From positions 1 to 63,395 of the IMG/VR virus record IMGVR_UViG_3300037205_000035: a stretch of DNA of 63,395 nucleotides. One strand, written 5' to 3'. The notes under the pieces are model-generated. The model was not told the DNA's origin. It saw only the letters and a program-made list of their open reading frames with translations, and searched no databases. This document shows positions 40,064-50,933 of the stretch, piece after piece (position 1 is the stretch's first letter; every line of letters begins with the position of its first letter). The stretch comes from a virus. Taxonomy: Duplodnaviria; Caudoviricetes. Position numbers and translations under genes: made by a program.

Positions 40064-40410
40064 TTCATTCTCACTGGATATGCTCGACCCTCTATCTTTG
40101 AGCGAGGATCAGTTCTTTGATAGGTATATCAAGCCAATCATAGAAGCATCGGATAAGAAGATCATGGAGAAAATAGAGGAAAAGATATGCCAGCTATTAC
40201 CGAAGAAACTATAACCATTACACCCCCAGCAGAAGAACAGCCTGTCACCTGCATTTTCGTGCATGAGGGATTAGCTGTACACGCTGAGAACATTGTGCAT
40301 CCGGGTATGGGTATAATCGAGAAGAATATAGGGGAAGTAAAGCATCAGTTTGCTTGGGATATGCTAACTAAGAAAGGTGAGCATATCTTTCGCTCAGTGT
40401 AATCATTACA

Positions 40411-42564
40411 GTGCCTAAACCCGATATCACCAAAGAAATCCGAGAGAATCTGATGGCCGTTAAAAGTAACGACCGTCATAATCGAGAAGCATATCGGGAT
40501 AATACTCGCTTTTTGAACGGGGAGCAATGGGAGCCGCTTGAAGCTCAAGCTAGACGCGGTAAGCGTCTTATGCTTACTGCTGACCAACTCAACGCTCCCG
40601 TAGATCAAGTTGTTAACAGTGTTCGCCAGAATAAACCTGGCCCAAAAGTCTCACCTTCTGGTAGTGGTACAGATAAGTATGATGCAGATATCATGGAAGG
40701 TATCTTGCGCCGTATTGATTCTGATAATGTGGCTTGGGTAGCTTTTGAGACTGCAATGGAGACGGCTACTGGTGGTAATTTTGGCTGTTGGGAAGTTGGC
40801 TTGGATTATGAGAATGAGCGTAGCTTTGAGAGGAAAGTAACTGTAGAAGCTATTCCCAACCCTAACGAGACTGTATTCTTTGATCCGACTGCGATTAAGA
40901 AGGATAGGTCTGATGCTGAATGGGCACTTCGCTTGTACTCGTATAGCTTAGAGAAGTACAAAGCTCAGTTTGGGAGTAACACTAAGATTCCCATTAGATC
41001 GGGCATGATGAGTGCCATTTTTGATTTCTATCAGTCATTCCGTGATCCTTCCATGTCTGGGTGGGCACAGACTGATGGTATTCAGGTTGCTAAGTACTGG
41101 AAGGTTGAGAGAGAGCAGGAGATGCTTCTCCTGTACTCTAACGGCGTGGCATACTGGGATTCCGAGAGAGATCTTATACCTAGAGGGGTAGTGCCTGACG
41201 CTAGAAAAATAGAGCGTAAAGTGGAACACCGCTCTATCCATTGGTATATAACTAACGGGTATGAAATTTTGGATGACGGAGTATGGGTGGGTCAGTACAT
41301 CCCATTATTCCCTGTCTATGGCAGAGAGCGGTGGGTAGATAATAAACGCTATATCTCCAGCATGATTCAGCTTGCAAAACAGGCGCAACAAGCGTTTAAC
41401 TTTTCATTTACTGGTGCCTGTGAAGTTCTAGCGAGTACTTCAAAGTCTCCATTTATTGGGCTACTTGGTCAATTCAGAAGCAAGTATAATCAGTGGAAGA
41501 CTTCTAACACAACTATTGCTGCATTCCTTGAGTATGATGAGGTTGAGTTAAAAAATGGGACGGTGTTTACTGAAGCCCCCAAGAGAAACATCCAAGAGCC
41601 ACCAATCCAGGCATTCCTCGCTTTCTGCAACCTCTGTATCAATGCAATACAGAGGTCAACGAGCATCTTTGACCCGTCTTTGGGTAAACAGAAATCGGAT
41701 CAGAGTGGAAGGGCCATACAAGAGCTTCAGGAACAGTCTACTGAAGGCAATTATCATTGGTCTGATGCTCTGACAATAGCTTTGACACACTACTACCGTG
41801 TTGTAGCAGATATTGTGCAGCAGGAGTATGATGCTCCCCAAGCGACTAAGATATTGCGGGCTGATGGATCACCAGAAGAAGTTGAGATTAACAAGACTTT
41901 TGAACACTCAACCCCAGACGGTAAGAAAACATCAAGAATCTACAACATTGCACAGGGTAATTTTGCATACACAGTAGATGTTGGACCTTCAGCACCCTCT
42001 CAGCGTCAAGCAGCCGCTATGAAGATTGCAGGCTTGATTAAAGTGCTGCCTCCTCAACTCGTGGCTGCTGCTGCGGACTTAATTGCTAAGCTCAATGATC
42101 TTGGGCCGTTAGGTGATGAGATTGCTAACCGATGGATTCCTCCGCAATATAGGGATGCTAATGATCCTCAGGCTGCTACAGCTAAGCTTGCTCAGGCTAT
42201 GCAGCAAAATCAGCAGCTTACTCAGGTTGTACAGAAGCTTTCTGAGGTGCTGAAGACTAAGAAGCTTGAGGGTATGAATAAGAAAGAGGTTGCGTTTATT
42301 CAAGCTCTAGCTACAATTAGATCGGCTGAGATTAAGGCTGGGAGTGATGAGGGGCAGAGAGATGCTGATAGTTTTGAGCATATTCTTGGGCTTGCTCATG
42401 ATGCAGCATCAAGTGCTGTGGATAGGCAGCATGAATTAAATTTGAATGATCAGGAGCATGGGCAGACTATGGAGCAGATGTTGCAAGATCACGCTAATAC
42501 TTTGCAGCAGAATCAACAGCAGGCGGACTTAGCCCCTGAACCTGAACCGGCAACACAGACGTAA
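40411..42564 (+). CDS. Portal protein (P22 gp1-like)
   Basis: 717 aa, F.NGEQW, FFDPTA..DRSDAEW, SGRAI, DVGPS, Q-rich C-terminal barrel. Confidence 0.88.
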   Translation: MPKPDITKEIRENLMAVKSNDRHNREAYRDNTRFLNGEQWEPLEAQARRGKRLMLTADQLNAPVDQVVNSVRQNKPGPKVSPSGSGTDKYDADIMEGILRRIDSDNVAWVAFETAMETATGGNFGCWEVGLDYENERSFERKVTVEAIPNPNETVFFDPTAIKKDRSDAEWALRLYSYSLEKYKAQFGSNTKIPIRSGMMSAIFDFYQSFRDPSMSGWAQTDGIQVAKYWKVEREQEMLLLYSNGVAYWDSERDLIPRGVVPDARKIERKVEHRSIHWYITNGYEILDDGVWVGQYIPLFPVYGRERWVDNKRYISSMIQLAKQAQQAFNFSFTGACEVLASTSKSPFIGLLGQFRSKYNQWKTSNTTIAAFLEYDEVELKNGTVFTEAPKRNIQEPPIQAFLAFCNLCINAIQRSTSIFDPSLGKQKSDQSGRAIQELQEQSTEGNYHWSDALTIALTHYYRVVADIVQQEYDAPQATKILRADGSPEEVEINKTFEHSTPDGKKTSRIYNIAQGNFAYTVDVGPSAPSQRQAAAMKIAGLIKVLPPQLVAAAADLIAKLNDLGPLGDEIANRWIPPQYRDANDPQAATAKLAQAMQQNQQLTQVVQKLSEVLKTKKLEGMNKKEVAFIQALATIRSAEIKAGSDEGQRDADSFEHILGLAHDAASSAVDRQHELNLNDQEHGQTMEQMLQDHANTLQQNQQQADLAPEPEPATQT

Positions 42565-42599
42565 TCATTACATTCTGAAAGGTATGGTAGGCTATACGC

Positions 42600-43727
42600 A
42601 TGGAAACACAAACTGAAACTACGGGTAGTGAAATAACTACTACAGTTGAAGAACCCAAAGTATTGACTTTGGCTGAAGTAGAGAAACAGTATCATGAGAG
42701 CTTTGATAAGTCTCGTGGTAGGGATATGGAGAAACTGTATCCCGGCCAAGTCAAGAAAGAAGAAGCAAATACAGTAGAGGCTAAGACTGTTGAGACTAAG
42801 GTTGAAACTCCCAAGACTGAAGAACCAAAGCAGCCAACAAAGGCTGACCGTGATTTAGGCAAGCTAAGATCAAGATTGCGAGAAGAAATTGAAGCTCGTA
42901 CTACTCTTGAGGCTAGGCTTGCCGCTATTGAGGAAAAGTCAAAACCCACCATAAAGACTGAAACTGTAACGATTACAGAACCAAAACGGGAGGCTTTTAC
43001 TACCGATGCGGAGTACTTTGAAGCCGTTCGTAAGTTTGATAAGGCACAGCAAGACTCTGAGCTTAAGAAAGTTCGAGAAGACTTTCAGAAAAATGAAGAA
43101 GTCAAAGCATGGAATGAGCGGGTGGCTGATTTCCAAGCTCGTATTGCAGCAGCTAAGGCTAAACATGAAGATTGGGATACAGTCGCGGCCAATACCAAAG
43201 TAGTGTTTGAACCTGTACTGCAAGGTGTTATTATGGATGCTGATCCTGAGCTTCTGTACCATTTTGCAAAAAACCCTGCTGATGCCAGGCAAATCAACAA
43301 GCTTTCTGGGACTGCTGTAGTCGCAGTTTCTAATGCAGATGATCTAACATCTGTGCTAAGGTATTTATCGAGCCATCCTGATGATGTGGCTAAACTGAGT
43401 GCTATGCACCCAGTCAAGGCACAAAACTATATCGGGAAGATTGAAGCAAGGATTGAGCTTGAAGCTGCTACTTCCAAAAAGGATGAGGCGACTAAAGGCA
43501 AGGCAGAAGAAGTAAAGACTAGCACCTCTTCGGGCGAAAGCACTACACAGGCAACTGCTTCGGGTGCAGAAACTACAAAGGTGCAAAGGATCAAACAGGA
43601 ACCTCCCCAGAAGTTGTCAGGCGGGGTTCCATCATCTAAAACATATTCTGACCCTGAGAGCATGTCTCTTAAGGAGAGGGAAATGCTACTGATGCAAGAT
43701 CCTAAGTATGCAAGGCGTAGGGGCTGA
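42600..43727 (+). CDS. Scaffolding protein
   Basis: Charged coiled coil between portal and coat; PELLYHFAKNP. Confidence 0.75.
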   Translation: METQTETTGSEITTTVEEPKVLTLAEVEKQYHESFDKSRGRDMEKLYPGQVKKEEANTVEAKTVETKVETPKTEEPKQPTKADRDLGKLRSRLREEIEARTTLEARLAAIEEKSKPTIKTETVTITEPKREAFTTDAEYFEAVRKFDKAQQDSELKKVREDFQKNEEVKAWNERVADFQARIAAAKAKHEDWDTVAANTKVVFEPVLQGVIMDADPELLYHFAKNPADARQINKLSGTAVVAVSNADDLTSVLRYLSSHPDDVAKLSAMHPVKAQNYIGKIEARIELEAATSKKDEATKGKAEEVKTSTSSGESTTQATASGAETTKVQRIKQEPPQKLSGGVPSSKTYSDPESMSLKEREMLLMQDPKYARRRG

Positions 43728-43830
43728 CCGGGCTAGTGCTGTGAAGCGCAAGTTCACCCAACTGTAATTATTACACTTGGATGTTAACGGGGCCTCGCTA
43801 CTGTCATGAGACAGAAGAGGGCTAAAAGCA

Positions 43831-45057
43831 ATGCCAACAAATACGTTGGTTACTCCTCAGATGATAACTCAGCTTCCGCTGATTATCCTGAAAAACACTA
43901 CCCGATTCGTTCCCAACGTCGATAGGATGTTTGAGAAGGATTTTGGGAACAAACGGATGAAGATTGGGGCAACAGAGCAGCTTCGCCGCCCTGCCCGCTT
44001 CCTTGGTCGAGATGGTCAGGCATGGACGCCTGAAGGTCTAACTGATACCTTCGTCCCCCTCACAATCAACTTCCAGCATGGCGTAGACTTTGAGTTCAGT
44101 AGCATCGAACGTGCTCTGTCTATTGAAGAGATGACTGCTCGTTATCTCAAACCCGCTGCTACGTCTATTGCGAACAAGGTTGACTATAACTTTGGTCGAT
44201 ATATGGCGCTGTCTACTGCCAATCTGGTTGGTACTCCGGGTACTTCGGCTACTGGTTCAACTGCTCAGCAGGTTTATGCTGGTGCTCAAGTGCTGTTGGA
44301 TCAGATGGCATTCCCCACAGATGATCGCTGTGTAGTCTACAACTCAGCCATGTCTAGCAAGTTGGCAACTACTAACTTGACCCTGTTCAATCCGGTGCCT
44401 GAGATTTCTAAGGCTTATCGGAAAGGGTTGCAGGGTGAATTTGTTGGGTTTGAGTTCTACAAGGATGAAAACACCAACGTATACACGTTTGGTACGTATA
44501 CGGGAACTCCTGTAGTTAATGGTGGGGGTCAGGTAGGATCTTCTCTTATCCTTAGTGGATTCACCTCTAGTACCTTCGTTGGTAATGTTGGGGATGTATT
44601 CACTATTGGGGGCGTGTACGCTGTCAATCCTCAGTCTCGTCAGAGTACAGGCAGTTTGCAGCAGTTTGTTCTCACTGCGGCGGCTACTGATACTGCTGGT
44701 GCGGCTACTGTTCAGATTTACCCCCCGATCATCCCCTCTGGCCAGTTCCAGAACGTAACTAACTCACCGGCCACTAACTCAGCTATTGTCTTTGCTGGAG
44801 CTACATCTGGTGGATCAGCTATCGTTTCTCCGACTGGCATTGCGTTTGAGAAGTCTGCATTCTCTGCTGCCTTTGTTCCGCTTGAAGTTCCCACAGCAGT
44901 TGAAGAGGCTTACATGGAGAAGGATGAAGATACCGGCATCTACATGCGTTATCTCATGCAGTACGATGGGGTGCGAGATATGATGATTGGTCGCTTTGAT
45001 GTGGTGTATGGCATCACAGGAAGTTACTTGGAGGGTTCCGTCCGCGTATCCCAGTAA
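43831..45057 (+). CDS. Major capsid protein (P22 gp5-like)
   Basis: KIGAT..RRP, YLKPA..IANKVD, GDVFTIGGVYAVNPQ, RFDVVYG. Confidence 0.9.
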   Translation: MPTNTLVTPQMITQLPLIILKNTTRFVPNVDRMFEKDFGNKRMKIGATEQLRRPARFLGRDGQAWTPEGLTDTFVPLTINFQHGVDFEFSSIERALSIEEMTARYLKPAATSIANKVDYNFGRYMALSTANLVGTPGTSATGSTAQQVYAGAQVLLDQMAFPTDDRCVVYNSAMSSKLATTNLTLFNPVPEISKAYRKGLQGEFVGFEFYKDENTNVYTFGTYTGTPVVNGGGQVGSSLILSGFTSSTFVGNVGDVFTIGGVYAVNPQSRQSTGSLQQFVLTAAATDTAGAATVQIYPPIIPSGQFQNVTNSPATNSAIVFAGATSGGSAIVSPTGIAFEKSAFSAAFVPLEVPTAVEEAYMEKDEDTGIYMRYLMQYDGVRDMMIGRFDVVYGITGSYLEGSVRVSQ

Positions 45058-45090
45058 CAGTGTAATGATTACGGACAAAAGGAAAACACA

Positions 45091-45921
45091 ATGACTAAAC
45101 TCTTTAAAGTACTTTCAATTATTGGACTGATTACGTCTGCTTGCTTTGCACAGCAGACTACAACTCAGACAACTCTCAGTGCTGCTATAACCTCTACGTC
45201 TGGACAGACTCCTACATCTACTGTCTGTGTTGCTTCTTCAACCGGAATCGTAGCGCCGGGGTTTGCTGGAGGTTTTTCTGGCACTAACCAGACTGAGCTT
45301 GTGGCAGATCATGAGGCAATGATGGTACAGTCTGCTACCCCTAGCCCTAACTGCTGGATTGTCTCTCGTGGGTGGGATGGCACACGCCAAACTTCTCATG
45401 CAAATGCTGCTGTTGTGTGGGTTGGACCTCCGGGTTCCTTGGTAGGGTCACCATTTACCTATGACGCCCCTATCGCTGGTACTCCCTGTGTGTCTACCAC
45501 GCAGGCATATCTTCCTCGTATCCTTATTGCCGGATCTCAACGTGAGGATTCACAGACTGGTTGGGCATTTAACTGCTCTGCTGTTACTGGTACTGTGGGC
45601 TTGAATACATGGACTGCTGTTCAGCTTCCTATCAATGGTGGGTCTAGCGGACTACACTGCTATGCTGCTACTGATGCTGGGGCTAATAATGCAGTCACTG
45701 CTTTAGTTCCGGGTCTTCCACAGGTTACTGGGGCTTGCGTAAATCTTGTTCTTGGTCACACCCTGCAAGCTGGTGCAAATACCTTTGCACTTAATAGTGC
45801 TACTGCCGTGGCTATTAGGTCACACTTCAATCAAGCGAATACTATAGGTACTGCGTATGCCGCAACTGGAACTGTTCAGTTGCAGTATAACGGAACCTAT
45901 TGGTTGGATCTTTCACAATAA
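45091..45921 (+). CDS. Putative capsid decoration/accessory protein with signal-like N-terminus
   Basis: TTLSAAIT..DHEAM..VSRGWDGT..SH; follows the coat gene. Confidence 0.5.
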   Translation: MTKLFKVLSIIGLITSACFAQQTTTQTTLSAAITSTSGQTPTSTVCVASSTGIVAPGFAGGFSGTNQTELVADHEAMMVQSATPSPNCWIVSRGWDGTRQTSHANAAVVWVGPPGSLVGSPFTYDAPIAGTPCVSTTQAYLPRILIAGSQREDSQTGWAFNCSAVTGTVGLNTWTAVQLPINGGSSGLHCYAATDAGANNAVTALVPGLPQVTGACVNLVLGHTLQAGANTFALNSATAVAIRSHFNQANTIGTAYAATGTVQLQYNGTYWLDLSQ

Positions 45922-46284
45922 GGAAAACACATGAGCTTACATAAACCTTTTCCAAGTATTCTGGATAGGCCAACTCCTCAGGTGGGGGAACGATACCTCC
46001 ACTCTGAGGAAGCTCAATCCAACAGTAATGATTACGCTTTGTCTGCTATTGCTGAAAGTGCAGCCGCAGCTAGTGTACATCATGATCTACAGACTGGTGT
46101 TGTTCTAAAAGGGTATGAACAAGTACCACTACAAGATGGCCAGTTTGAACCAACTCATGTTCACTCTACTAAAGTAGCGGGTGAATACATGCTAGTTACT
46201 TCACAGGAGCAACTTGATCAGTTACTCGCTACAGGTGATTGGTCAAACACTCCTTTGGAAGTCACTAAGTTAAAAGAGGTCTAA

Positions 46285-46989
46285 ATGCCGGAAATTAATA
46301 GCTATGAAGGACCGGGGTACGTGGAAGGTGCGCCCCCCGGCCTGAAGAGGAAGTCAAGTTTCCAGAGTATTAAGGAGACTCACAGAGACGTGATGGATGC
46401 ACATGAACGTAATGGCATTATCGCGCTGAATGCTATGGATTTTGAGCGAACACGTCATCTGCCTGTAGGTAGAGGTAGATTGGCGTGTGATGAGAATGGG
46501 GAGTTTGATAAGAGGGCTAGGCGTCCCACGTATAGTCCCGCCGCTCATCCTGCCTACCCCCGCCAGTTGCACTCAACTGTAACTGAGGGAGAGTACAAGG
46601 ATGTAAACAACAAAGAAGATCACATCGCTGCTCTGGCTACTCGTTTGTGGTCAGATACACCTCTTGAGCGTAAGAAGCGGTTTATTCTTACGGATGAGCA
46701 GGCCATGCACAATCTTCATGCTGAGATTAAAGGTGAGCGTGCCGCCCGCCTCATGCTCGAAAAACAGCTTGAAAATGGTGTAATCGTTACAGAGGAGCCA
46801 TTTGATAATTCTAAGCAGCAGCTAGCTATGGAAGAGTTGAAAGCAGAGAATCAGGCTTTATCTGATCGTCTGAATCAGCTTTTCTCATTGCTTGAAGCTC
46901 AAAATGCTGAAAGACAGCCCGCTAAGAACCCACTTGAGGATGAGGATGAAGAAGTAGTTCTCTCTGGTGGAAATAAGAAACGCCGATAA
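46285..46989 (+). CDS. Hypothetical virion-module protein
   Basis: GAGG SD; coiled-coil C-terminus. Confidence 0.55.
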   Translation: MPEINSYEGPGYVEGAPPGLKRKSSFQSIKETHRDVMDAHERNGIIALNAMDFERTRHLPVGRGRLACDENGEFDKRARRPTYSPAAHPAYPRQLHSTVTEGEYKDVNNKEDHIAALATRLWSDTPLERKKRFILTDEQAMHNLHAEIKGERAARLMLEKQLENGVIVTEEPFDNSKQQLAMEELKAENQALSDRLNQLFSLLEAQNAERQPAKNPLEDEDEEVVLSGGNKKRR

Positions 46990-47001
46990 AGGAAGTAGCC
47001 C

Positions 47002-47778
47002 ATGACAGCCCAGACTATCATTACCCAAGCCTTGATTGACATGGGCATTTACTTCCCCGGTGAAACCCCAGCCGCTTCGGAGTCCAGTAATGGTTTGACT
47101 AAACTCAACATCATGCTGGATTCCTGGAGTGGTGCTAGGGATTTGATCTATGAGATTGGTCTTGCATTATACGCCTTGAGCAATGCCCAGACATTCCCTA
47201 TAGGACCAACCGCAACCTCCCCGTTTAATGTGGCTCGTCCGATTAAGATCGAGACTGCCACTATAGTTATTACTATTGGGGGTAAGTTACTAAGGTTCCC
47301 ACTCCAGATCATACGTGAAGAAGAATGGACGGCTATATCTGATCTTGGGGCTACTGGTACAGTTCCAAGTAAACTGTACTATGATCCTAGTGAGCCTAAT
47401 GCAGCCCTGAACTTTCACCCTATCCCTCTAGCCTCTGCTACTACGCAGGTTGAGCTTGGGACTTGGACTGCTGTTCAACAGTTTGCTCTACTATCAACAA
47501 ATGCCACTTTACCCCCCGCCTACTACAAGGCTATTCTGATTGGGTTACAGCTTGAGCTTGCCCCAACCTACGGCAATCTTGTTAGTGCCCAGATCCTTGA
47601 ATTGAGAGCACAGCAATTAAAGGAAGCATTAGCAATTGTCAGAGACTTGAACTCCAAAGTGCAAATGGTTCAGTTGCAGCCTGTCTCTACTGGTCAGCCT
47701 CAGCAACCACAGCAAGGCAACAACCCTAATCAGTTAGCCGCTATTCAAGCTGCACTGGCTGCTAGAGGCCAACAGTAG
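47002..47778 (+). CDS. Head-tail adaptor (P22 gp4-like), copy 1
   Basis: IITQAL...GETP..LN.MLDSW...LPPAY..AI..L..ELAP.YG. Confidence 0.7.
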   Translation: MTAQTIITQALIDMGIYFPGETPAASESSNGLTKLNIMLDSWSGARDLIYEIGLALYALSNAQTFPIGPTATSPFNVARPIKIETATIVITIGGKLLRFPLQIIREEEWTAISDLGATGTVPSKLYYDPSEPNAALNFHPIPLASATTQVELGTWTAVQQFALLSTNATLPPAYYKAILIGLQLELAPTYGNLVSAQILELRAQQLKEALAIVRDLNSKVQMVQLQPVSTGQPQQPQQGNNPNQLAAIQAALAARGQQ

Positions 47779-48578
47779 TGTCTATTCAATTCTCTCAGTT
47801 AGCCTACCAAGCAGCCCGTTATTCTGGCCAATTACTCCCCGGAGGTGTAATGAATACAGAACTAACTGCGGATTATCTGTTTGAGTGCAATGCTATGATT
47901 GATAGCTGGAATGCACAAGAGTTAGCCCAGTACTTTATTGATGATAGGTACTTTGCTATTACAACCTCTCAGCAAAGCTATACGTTAGGGCCTACAGGTA
48001 ACTTTAATACAGATATTAACAATGTAGCTCTTACATATCGACCTCAGCGAATCTTAAGAGCTAACCTGATTCTACTGTCTACGGGTGGTGGGGGAGGTGG
48101 GACTACAACCCGTATTCCTATTCAGATTATCCCTGTTGAGGACTTTGCGGACATTCCAGTAATCGACATTAGTAGTCAGGTCACGATTCGTATGTATGTG
48201 CAGACTACTAAGGATAATGTAACCTTGTGGATGTTCCCGTTCCCTACTGCTGGGAATCAGATTGAGTTCTTTATGTGGCCGGGATTCCCACAATTTGCAA
48301 GTACTTCAGCCTTGTTTGATGCTCCTCCCGGTTGGCAAGACTTCCTTACATACGCTCTTGCTGAGCGCATGTACTTCTTGAATACAAAAGACACGCAGAA
48401 GACGATGGGGCCGGGAGTTAATAGAGGAGCGTGGCTACACTCTAAGAAGATTGAAGCTGAGAGATTAGTGTGGGGATCTAATGCCCCAACTCCAGAGCTT
48501 ACTCCTGATCTCATTACAAATGATCAAAATGGGCAGGGTGCGCCATTTGACTACTTGATAGGCGATTTCTCCCAGTAA
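47778..48578 (+). CDS. Head-tail adaptor (gp4-like), copy 2
   Basis: NAMIDSW..YTLGP..RP..PPGW..L.YALAER. Confidence 0.65.
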   Translation: MSIQFSQLAYQAARYSGQLLPGGVMNTELTADYLFECNAMIDSWNAQELAQYFIDDRYFAITTSQQSYTLGPTGNFNTDINNVALTYRPQRILRANLILLSTGGGGGGTTTRIPIQIIPVEDFADIPVIDISSQVTIRMYVQTTKDNVTLWMFPFPTAGNQIEFFMWPGFPQFASTSALFDAPPGWQDFLTYALAERMYFLNTKDTQKTMGPGVNRGAWLHSKKIEAERLVWGSNAPTPELTPDLITNDQNGQGAPFDYLIGDFSQ

Positions 48579-48613
48579 TCAAATGGTAAATGTAATCATT
48601 ACGGTTAAATCCC

Positions 48614-49036
48614 ATGCTTGAAGCTTCCTGCAAACTCGCTACTATAGTCGGCGTCACCTCCATGCTAATCATGCCGGATCAACCGCAGTTCTACGTCATG
48701 GTGTCTACCTTAGGCGTAGCTGTAGCTGGACTAATTACTCAGTTACTAAAGAACAGAAGCACAGCTTTATCTGAGGAGAAGAAACAGAAGGAAGATGAGA
48801 GGAGACGAGAGTGGGAAATTGTAGATAGGGAGTACTATCGGGAAATAGTTAGGTCTGAAGTTCAGAAAACTGCTGCATTAACTGCACTGACTGCTCACGA
48901 GATTAAGCTAAAGATTGAGGAAAACACCCAACTTACACAAGTTGGTATTGAGAAGACTGAAGCGTTTGCTGCCACTGCAAATGATATTAATGGTAAGATC
49001 CAGTCGGCTGTAGAGGCTATTCGAGAAAATAGGTAA
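48614..49036 (+). CDS. Membrane-anchored coiled-coil protein
   Basis: Two N-terminal hydrophobic segments. Confidence 0.5.
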   Translation: MLEASCKLATIVGVTSMLIMPDQPQFYVMVSTLGVAVAGLITQLLKNRSTALSEEKKQKEDERRREWEIVDREYYREIVRSEVQKTAALTALTAHEIKLKIEENTQLTQVGIEKTEAFAATANDINGKIQSAVEAIRENR

Positions 49037-50568
49037 TGAATATACCGGGGTTTATAGGCCCGTCGTATCTCTCAATGTCTAAGTACGCATCTGTGGAGCG
49101 GTGCGTTAATTTCTACTTGGAAGTTGTTGAAGATCCCCACGAAAACAAATCCCGTCAAATTCTATACCCATGTCCTCTTGCTGGATATCTTAGTGGTCAG
49201 CCCCCTGCTGGACTCAGGCAGAGGAATAGAGGACTACTTGAAGTTAATGGGCGTGTGTTTGGTGTAAATGGCACTCAGATGTTTGAGTACATAACACCTT
49301 ACAACACTGTGGCAGGGACTACTGCTGGTCAGTTTGGTGGTTGGAGTATTATTGGGACTATTGTAGATGATGGTGATCCAGTCTCGATGATAGCTAATGG
49401 TGTCAATGCAGGCAATCCGGCATCCAACACTAATCAACAGATATTTGTTACTACATCCTCAGGAAATGGGTATATCTATACCTTAGGGGGAGTGTTCACT
49501 AATCTAGGTACTGTGCCGGGATTTATGGCTGGGCAGGGTGCGGCATTTTTAGATGACTTCTTTATCTCTATTATTACTGGGACGAATGGGTTTCAGATAT
49601 CAAAGCAGAATGATGGAACTCAGTGGGATAACACCCAAGTCGCTTACACTCAGGGTCAATCGGATGCTCTTAGCGCCATCATAGCGGATAGAGAGTATTT
49701 ATGGTTGCTAGGTAGTAGAAGGTCAGAAATTTGGTACAACTCAGGTGCTCAATTCTTCCCGTTCGCTATACAGCCGGGGGCTTTCCTTGAGATTGGCATT
49801 CAGGCATGGCACACACTTGTTCAGGCTGATAATTCGTTATTCTGGATGGGGCAGGATAAGAGAGGTGGATTATCCTTTTGGAGAGCTAACGGTCTTATAC
49901 CTATCCGAGTAAGTAATCATGCTGTAGAACAAATGTGGGCTAGCTATGCAAAGGTTTCGGATGCTTTTTCCTACTCGTTTTTGTGGAGGGGTCATACTTT
50001 TATTCGCATCATTTTCCCATCTGCTAATGCCGGATGGACGTATGATGCAGCAGCTTCACAGCAGTTAGGTTATGCAGTATGGCATGAGAACTCATTCACT
50101 GACTCTAATGGGAACTCTTTAGCACCATTTGAGGGTGCTCACTGTTATGTTGCTCCTGAGAACTCATATACAGGGCAGGGGTTTCACATCATAGGTAGTA
50201 GAGGTGCTGATGGTAATCCCGGTGCTCTCTATACTTTTACAGATCAGACAATTATTGATGCTGATCCTGCATTACTGCTTCGCTACTCAAATGATGGCGG
50301 CAACACATGGGGTAGTGAACGCCCTATCAAGGTTGGTAAGGTTGGGGATTACACTAAGCGTGCTAGGGCGATTTTGTGCGGGGCTGGTAGGGACAGGGTG
50401 ATTTGGGTAAGGTGTAATGATTACGGTAATTGCCCACAAAATCCAGATGGAACTGGTGGATTTACTATGACTCGTGATCGTATATCCCCACATGATTTCG
50501 ATGAGAATAAGTACATTCGGTATAGCTCATACGAGTTTGAAGTGAATAAAGGCATTGGCCTAAGATGA
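49036..50568 (+). CDS. Packaged DNA stabilization / tail hub protein (P22 gp10-like)
   Basis: FIGPSY..CVNFY, G.RRSEIWYNSG, RVSNHAVE, LRYSNDGGNTW. Confidence 0.8.
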   Translation: MNIPGFIGPSYLSMSKYASVERCVNFYLEVVEDPHENKSRQILYPCPLAGYLSGQPPAGLRQRNRGLLEVNGRVFGVNGTQMFEYITPYNTVAGTTAGQFGGWSIIGTIVDDGDPVSMIANGVNAGNPASNTNQQIFVTTSSGNGYIYTLGGVFTNLGTVPGFMAGQGAAFLDDFFISIITGTNGFQISKQNDGTQWDNTQVAYTQGQSDALSAIIADREYLWLLGSRRSEIWYNSGAQFFPFAIQPGAFLEIGIQAWHTLVQADNSLFWMGQDKRGGLSFWRANGLIPIRVSNHAVEQMWASYAKVSDAFSYSFLWRGHTFIRIIFPSANAGWTYDAAASQQLGYAVWHENSFTDSNGNSLAPFEGAHCYVAPENSYTGQGFHIIGSRGADGNPGALYTFTDQTIIDADPALLLRYSNDGGNTWGSERPIKVGKVGDYTKRARAILCGAGRDRVIWVRCNDYGNCPQNPDGTGGFTMTRDRISPHDFDENKYIRYSSYEFEVNKGIGLR

Positions 50569-50933
50569 GTATTTCACTCGCATGTAACAGCAGCTTCCCC
50601 AGCACTAATAATGTTGCTGAGGTTGGAATTGCATACTCTGGTCAGCCCGTAGTAAGTGGTGACACTCCCCCGGATACTTGGAGCATTAGTGTTGGGGCGC
50701 TTCCTCCCGGTATGTCTATAGATCCTGTTGCGGGAACTATCACTGGAACTTGCCAGTCTATAGGAACTTACTACTTCACTATTCATATCACTGACTCTGC
50801 ATCAAACTCAACTACTGTAGCCTGCTCTATCTCTGTTGTTCCAACTAAGTATGGGGGTACTCAGTTTAGTCCTGTAACTGGGTTTTGGGCGTTAGTTGGT
50901 GGCTACATGAATGTAGATCAGGGGAGTAATTAG
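50565..50933 (+). CDS. Ig-like (He_PIG) domain protein
   Basis: WSISVGALPPGMSIDP..GTITGT..GTY.FTI..TDS. Confidence 0.75.
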   Translation: MSISLACNSSFPSTNNVAEVGIAYSGQPVVSGDTPPDTWSISVGALPPGMSIDPVAGTITGTCQSIGTYYFTIHITDSASNSTTVACSISVVPTKYGGTQFSPVTGFWALVGGYMNVDQGSN

